A DNA stretch of 64,000 nucleotides from Gemmatimonadota bacterium (GTDB lineage: Bacteria > Gemmatimonadota > Gemmatimonadetes > Gemmatimonadales > Gemmatimonadaceae): positions 28,530-92,529 of the forward strand of contig JAZJZK010000004.1 of NCBI GenBank assembly GCA_040389905.1. The letters are read 5' to 3'. Of the stretch, positions 59,534 through 64,000 are shown piece after piece; the first letter of the stretch is position 1; the number at the start of each line of letters is the position of its first letter. The notes beneath the pieces are model-generated. The model was given only the letters and a program-made list of their open reading frames with translations, ran no database searches and was not told the origin of the DNA. Position numbers and translations under genes: made by a program.

Positions 59534-60598
59534 CTAGAAGTAGAAAAACGCTACTCCGAGCATCCCATAGACCAACAGCAGAAAGGCTCCTTCGAGCCAA
59601 TGTGACTCCGCATCGCGGACGACGCTCGTGGCGACAGCCACCGCGAGAGCGACGGACGCCACTTCGAAGATGTTAAATGCCAGATCCATGGGCTGACCCA
59701 ACGCCAGCCCGACGAATACCAGAACCGGCGCGATGAGCAGTGCCACCTGCGCGCTCGATCCCACGGCGATCGAGACGGCGAGGTCCATCCGGTTCCGCAT
59801 GGCCATGAGAATTGCCGAACTATGCTCGGCGGCGTTCCCGATGATCGGCACCACGATGATTCCCACGAACACTTCCGACAACCCGATGCCATGAATCGCG
59901 GCCTCGGTCGACCCCACCAGAATTTCCGAAAGCCACCCCACGAATGCGGCAGACCCGAGTAAGACGGCAAGCGACTTTCCCAATGACCAATGCGGTGCGT
60001 GCTCCGCTTCGTGCGTCTCGTTCGAGACTTCCGATGCCTCGCCGAACACCGACCGGTGCGTCCCCATGGAATAGACCAGCGACAGCGCGTAGCCCACGAT
60101 CAGCAGCCCCGCGACCCCGACTGAGACTTTCCTGGTCAGCAGGTGCGTCGGATCGGGATGCGTCGAGAGAAAAACTGCCGGAATCACCAGGCCCACCACG
60201 GCGACGACCAGCAAGGAGACACTCAGGCCGGCGAGCGCAACGCTGAACCGTTGCACCTTGTGGCGCAGGCCACCCGCCAGTTGGGCGGCGCCGAGCACGA
60301 GCAGCAGGTTCCCGAGAATGGATCCGGTGATCGACGCTTTCACGAGATCCACCATCCCGGCGCGCAAGGCCAGCACCGCGATAATCAGTTCCGCAAGATT
60401 ACCGAGCGTCGCGTTCAGCAACCCGCCCAATGTGGGTCCGGTATACGCGGCGATCTCCTCGGTGGCTCGGCCAAGGTATCCGGAGAGCGGGATGATAGCC
60501 GCGGCGCTCAGGGCAAACACCAGCACCGGGTTCGCATGCATGAAGCTGGCTGCGATGGCCGCCGGAACGAACAGCAGGAGAACGGCGAGTATTTTCAT
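59534..60598 (-). CDS. cax: Calcium/proton exchanger
   Basis: GGLLNATLGN.AE, GSILGNLLL, GNAAEH, GSSAQVAL. Confidence 0.92.
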   Translation of the reverse strand: MKILAVLLLFVPAAIAASFMHANPVLVFALSAAAIIPLSGYLGRATEEIAAYTGPTLGGLLNATLGNLAELIIAVLALRAGMVDLVKASITGSILGNLLLVLGAAQLAGGLRHKVQRFSVALAGLSVSLLVVAVVGLVIPAVFLSTHPDPTHLLTRKVSVGVAGLLIVGYALSLVYSMGTHRSVFGEASEVSNETHEAEHAPHWSLGKSLAVLLGSAAFVGWLSEILVGSTEAAIHGIGLSEVFVGIIVVPIIGNAAEHSSAILMAMRNRMDLAVSIAVGSSAQVALLIAPVLVFVGLALGQPMDLAFNIFEVASVALAVAVATSVVRDAESHWLEGAFLLLVYGMLGVAFFYF

Positions 60599-61443
60599 GG
60601 CAGGCGAAGGGTAGCCGACGCGCGCAACTCGCCGCGAGCAACCTGGGTGAGACGAAATACCGCGAAGGCATCGATCGCGCTGAACACGTGATTGGCGATC
60701 AATCCAATCAGATGGTTCTTTGCCTGACGATTGAAATCATTCACGCGATGAATCGATTGGCGGAAGAGATCGCGCTCGAGTTGTGCGTTGTTCCAACTCC
60801 AACCGTAGGGCTGAGTGATCGCGAACGTCTCATAGTAGTCGAGCGCCGACGAGTACAGCGGTGCGCCGGTAGGGTTCTGGTCGTCGAGCGAAATGCCGTA
60901 CGTGAGGCGCGCTTTACGCCAAACCTCACCGTTGTACGTGTTCAAATCGGTTTGCGGCACAGTCGGCGCCGATGATGTGAGCGAGTAGGCGCCACTCTCC
61001 AGATACTTCTCCATTTTTTCGTAGTACTGCCAAACGGTGTCCGGATGCGTGCCGGGGAAGCTGCGGCGTGCAACGTCACGCGCAATGGCGCGGTAGGTTC
61101 GCGCATTGTCCTCGCGCTCCCGAATGTTTCTCACGTACTGAAGCAACAGGTAACCTTCGGTGGCGAGGTAGCCGACGAACCGATCGTTCCCCTGTCTCGC
61201 CTGTCCGAGGCCTGGAATGAGCGCCGACGCGAGCGGAGCAGACCACAACGGCAATCGGTTGAGCACGGCCCACGTCGCCCTCGTCGAGTCACCGCCCGGA
61301 CGTACCAACAGTGTAGCGGCGGCCGCGGCGCCTGCCAGTGTTGGCGTGACGCGGCGTGCGTCACGCAGCTGGGCAGACAGCGGCGACGCACCCGCGAACA
61401 GGGCCGCGCACAGAAGGACGCCCGCGTACCGGTACCGCCTCAT
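60595..61443 (-). CDS. Conserved hypothetical exported/membrane protein
   Basis: Signal peptide, SALIPGLGQ motif, H.FSAIDA near the C-terminus. Confidence 0.7.
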   Translation of the reverse strand: MRRYRYAGVLLCAALFAGASPLSAQLRDARRVTPTLAGAAAAATLLVRPGGDSTRATWAVLNRLPLWSAPLASALIPGLGQARQGNDRFVGYLATEGYLLLQYVRNIREREDNARTYRAIARDVARRSFPGTHPDTVWQYYEKMEKYLESGAYSLTSSAPTVPQTDLNTYNGEVWRKARLTYGISLDDQNPTGAPLYSSALDYYETFAITQPYGWSWNNAQLERDLFRQSIHRVNDFNRQAKNHLIGLIANHVFSAIDAFAVFRLTQVARGELRASATLRLP

Positions 61444-62435
61444 AGACCGACGCGAATCGAGATGTAGGTCGGCACAACGCCCAGGTCCGTCGAGAAGCGC
61501 TCGAAGATCCGGGTAAAATCGACGTGAATTCGCTCCCTCGACAGGCCAATGCCGAACGACGGGCCGCGGCCAGGCGCCGCCTCATCGGATTGCTTCACAT
61601 AGCCGCCACGAAGCGCCAACGTCGTATTGGCTGAGACGTACGTCGCCTCCACGCCCGCACGGATCTCGGTCTTCGAGAGGTCCGGGGTGGAAAAGAGGCG
61701 GCGGGGCGTCATGACCACCTCTCCGGTCGCGCGAACGTGCAGCAGCGGGTCGAATGAGGGTGCTGCGGGTGCGTAGCTCGCACCAAAATGGACGCGCGAC
61801 GGAGCGGCATCCGACTGCGGTTGGTCATTGAGTTGAAAATCAGGACCAATGTTGCTCAGCTCCGCGCCGAACATGAACGGGCTCGTGGCACTCGGACGGA
61901 ACTGTATGCCGGCATCGAGATAGGGATTGGTGGACGACACCGATACGATCTTGGGCGGACAGAGGCCAGAACACGGATTGCCGAGGTTGTAGAGACGGAA
62001 TGCGATACCGGCATTGAGGCGATCGCCAAACGCGGCTGCGAAGGTGCCGGCAATCAGCCGGCTCTCGGTCGAAGTAATTCCGAGCACTTCATCGAACTCA
62101 TCTCGCGCCTCGGCCGATCCGTAATCGAAGAGGCGCGCGGAAATCCCAAAAACGCCCACCGCGCCGGCCGGCAGGACGATGGACGCGCCAAGCCCGCTCT
62201 CCACCGGAAAGAGAACGAAGTGATCGACGGCGAACTCCGGCTTGGTCAGCCGAGCCAGGCCTGCTGGATTCGACCAGATGGACTCGCCGCCGGTCTCTGC
62301 GACCGTGGCAAATCCGAGGGCTGTCCCGCGTGCTCCCATAGGAAACAAGAGGTCGAGGGCTCCGCTATTTGCCTGGCCGCCGACGCGCTCCGCCCTCGAG
62401 CCAAGGGCAAGACACGCCATGGCAACAAGGCGCAT
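61440..62435 (-). CDS. PorV/PorQ (FadL-like) outer-membrane beta-barrel protein
   Basis: GARG.ALG...WSNPAGLA N-terminus, amphipathic strands, LALRGGY; start uncertain (62435 or 62483). Confidence 0.6.
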   Translation of the reverse strand: MRLVAMACLALGSRAERVGGQANSGALDLLFPMGARGTALGFATVAETGGESIWSNPAGLARLTKPEFAVDHFVLFPVESGLGASIVLPAGAVGVFGISARLFDYGSAEARDEFDEVLGITSTESRLIAGTFAAAFGDRLNAGIAFRLYNLGNPCSGLCPPKIVSVSSTNPYLDAGIQFRPSATSPFMFGAELSNIGPDFQLNDQPQSDAAPSRVHFGASYAPAAPSFDPLLHVRATGEVVMTPRRLFSTPDLSKTEIRAGVEATYVSANTTLALRGGYVKQSDEAAPGRGPSFGIGLSRERIHVDFTRIFERFSTDLGVVPTYISIRVGL

Positions 62436-62493
62436 GAGCGCATTCCAGCTCCTTCGCTGTCGACCGATGCATCTCAGATGCATGTGCGGGGCG

Positions 62494-62661
62494 TCAGAGC
62501 GGACTGGCCTGATCGATGAGCATAATCGGAATGTCGTCGCGGACCGGATAGCGCAGCCGGCATGCCGCGCAGTCGAGCGACGGCTCAGCCTCACGGTACA
62601 CGAGCGGTCCCTTGCACTTGGGACAGACTAGAATGGCGAGGAACTGCGGAGAGAGCGTCAT
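62494..62661 (-). CDS. Trm112-family protein
   Basis: LAILVCPKCKG.L...C..C...YPVRDDIPIML; ATGA overlap with era. Confidence 0.9.
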   Translation of the reverse strand: MTLSPQFLAILVCPKCKGPLVYREAEPSLDCAACRLRYPVRDDIPIMLIDQASPL

Positions 62662-63539
62662 GCCGTTGGGTCGTCGTGGAGCCGGTAGCCGAAGCGACGA
62701 ATGTGGCTGTCGCTCTTCCGCCAGTTTGGAAGTACCTTCACCCAGAGGTCGAGATAGACAGGCGCGCCGACGAATGCCTCGACTTTCACACGCGCCGCCG
62801 TCCCAATGTCGCGGATGCGTTGTCCCGATGCGCCGATGAGAATGCGCTTCTGGCTTTCGCGCTCCACGTAAAGCACCGTCCGAATGTATATGGGCGACCG
62901 CGTTTCGCGGAACTCCTCCACCTCGCATGCGAGGCTGTATGGGACCTCCTCGTCGAGTTGCTCGAGTGCAGTTTCGCGCACGAGTTCGGAGACGAAGAAG
63001 CGGACGGATGCGGTGCTGATCTCATCTTCCGGGTAAAGAAACGGGCTCTCCGGCAGGCGCGCTCCGAGTTCACGGAAGAGGTCGTCCACTCCCTCCCCCA
63101 TGAGCGCGGAGATGAAACGCGCGCCCGGCAGCGCCTCGGCCAATTCTTCGCGCTCGACCGGCCTGATGGCGTCGGCCTTGTTCAGGACCGTGACCACCGG
63201 TGCCGCTGGTTCTGACTCCAGCTCCGCGGCCACCACCAGCGATGGCGGTGTACGCTCGGTCGCGTCTGCAAGGTAGACGATGATATCCGCGTCCTTGAGG
63301 GCGCGTAGCGCGGTGCCACGCATTGCGCGCTGGAGTTCGTACCGCGGGTTGAGGAGTCCAGGGGTATCGAGGATGATCATCTGGACATCGTCTTTCGTCA
63401 TGATGCCGACGACCCGGTCACGCGTGGACTGGGGCTTGTCGCTGACGATCGCGAGCTTTTCGCCCATGACGCGGTTGAGAAGGGTCGATTTGCCGGCGTT
63501 TGGCTTTCCGACGACGGTGATGATTCCAGCTTTCGGCAT
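62658..63539 (-). CDS. era: GTPase Era
   Basis: GKPNAGKSTL.N, PQSTR, DTPG, NKAD, EEVPYS, KH domain. Confidence 0.96.
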   Translation of the reverse strand: MPKAGIITVVGKPNAGKSTLLNRVMGEKLAIVSDKPQSTRDRVVGIMTKDDVQMIILDTPGLLNPRYELQRAMRGTALRALKDADIIVYLADATERTPPSLVVAAELESEPAAPVVTVLNKADAIRPVEREELAEALPGARFISALMGEGVDDLFRELGARLPESPFLYPEDEISTASVRFFVSELVRETALEQLDEEVPYSLACEVEEFRETRSPIYIRTVLYVERESQKRILIGASGQRIRDIGTAARVKVEAFVGAPVYLDLWVKVLPNWRKSDSHIRRFGYRLHDDPTA

Positions 63540-63673
63540 TACGAAAAGTAGCGGATGAGTGATGTCGCGACACACGCGATTTTAGCGCGCGTTCTTGGGT
63601 CTCGAGTCCTCGATTCGGTATGAGCGTCCCGAACGATTCAGTGGGACGCGGCAACGCCGACGATCGGGCAAAC

Positions 63674-63709
63674 GAAAAGGCCCCAGCGCGAGTGCACTGG
63701 AGCCTTTTC
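63674..63709 (-). terminator. rRNA operon terminator
   Basis: GAAAAGGC..CCAG / CTGG..GCCTTTTC hairpin with a minus-strand T tract just past the 5S 3' end. Confidence 0.75.
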
Positions 63710-63716
63710 TACGAGG

Positions 63717-63834
63717 TGCCGGCGATGGCCTACTCTCCCGCGTCCTCTCGGACGGAGTACCATCGGCGCTGTAGGGCTTAACGACCGTGTTCGGGATGGG
63801 AACGGGTGTGGCCCCTACGCTCTAATCGCCAGCG
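63717..63834 (-). rRNA. rrf: 5S rRNA
   Basis: Minus strand CACACCCGTTCCCATCCCGAACACGG...GCCGATGGTACT...GGGAGAGTAGG. Confidence 0.97.
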
Positions 63835-63952
63835 AATATATAAATATCAATTGTTGTGATGCGAATTCGACAATGATTGCAATGGTAGATCGCGGGTTTT
63901 TGAATCCTGAAACAATGGGTAATGCTCTGCTTGCAGTTGAACTACTTGGGAG

Positions 63953-64000
63953 TAGTCAAGCCGCACGGGCGATTAGGACCGCTGCGCTCGGAGTCAATCG
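63953..64000 (-). rRNA. rrl: 23S rRNA, 3' end (partial)
   Basis: Minus strand ...CTAATCGCCCGTGCGGCTTGAC matches the 23S 3' terminus and lies upstream of 5S. Confidence 0.85.

Overview
High-GC bacterial chromosome segment; gene content and order suggest Gemmatimonadota (inference). 1-4.4 kb holds + strand glycosyltransferases and dapF. At 4607-4634 there is a good XerC/XerD dif site, and almost every gene to its right, including the end of an rRNA operon, is on the - strand pointing toward it, so this is probably the replication terminus. The main accessory element is a ~14 kb RiPP cluster (5534-19642) just downstream of tRNA-Arg(CCT). It has two duplicated NHLP/proteusin-type precursors with Cys/Thr/Ser-rich, Trp-containing cores, a ProcM-like (CCG) LanM, an NHLP export system (HlyD, two ABC transporters, TolC), a stand-alone class II terpene-cyclase-like protein, and a translationally coupled protein that is probably an ABBA-type prenyltransferase. 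The predicted product is a lanthipeptide carrying a possibly cyclised isoprenoid. The rest is housekeeping: apt, surE/pcm, gpsA/plsY/der, larC, thrC, uvrC, murJ, bshC, gdh, a lysS-lol-mcsAB-clpC-bamA-lpx superoperon, frameshifted prfB, era, 5S and the 3' end of 23S rRNA, plus three palindromic intergenic elements. All calls come from motif recognition by eye; no database searches were run.
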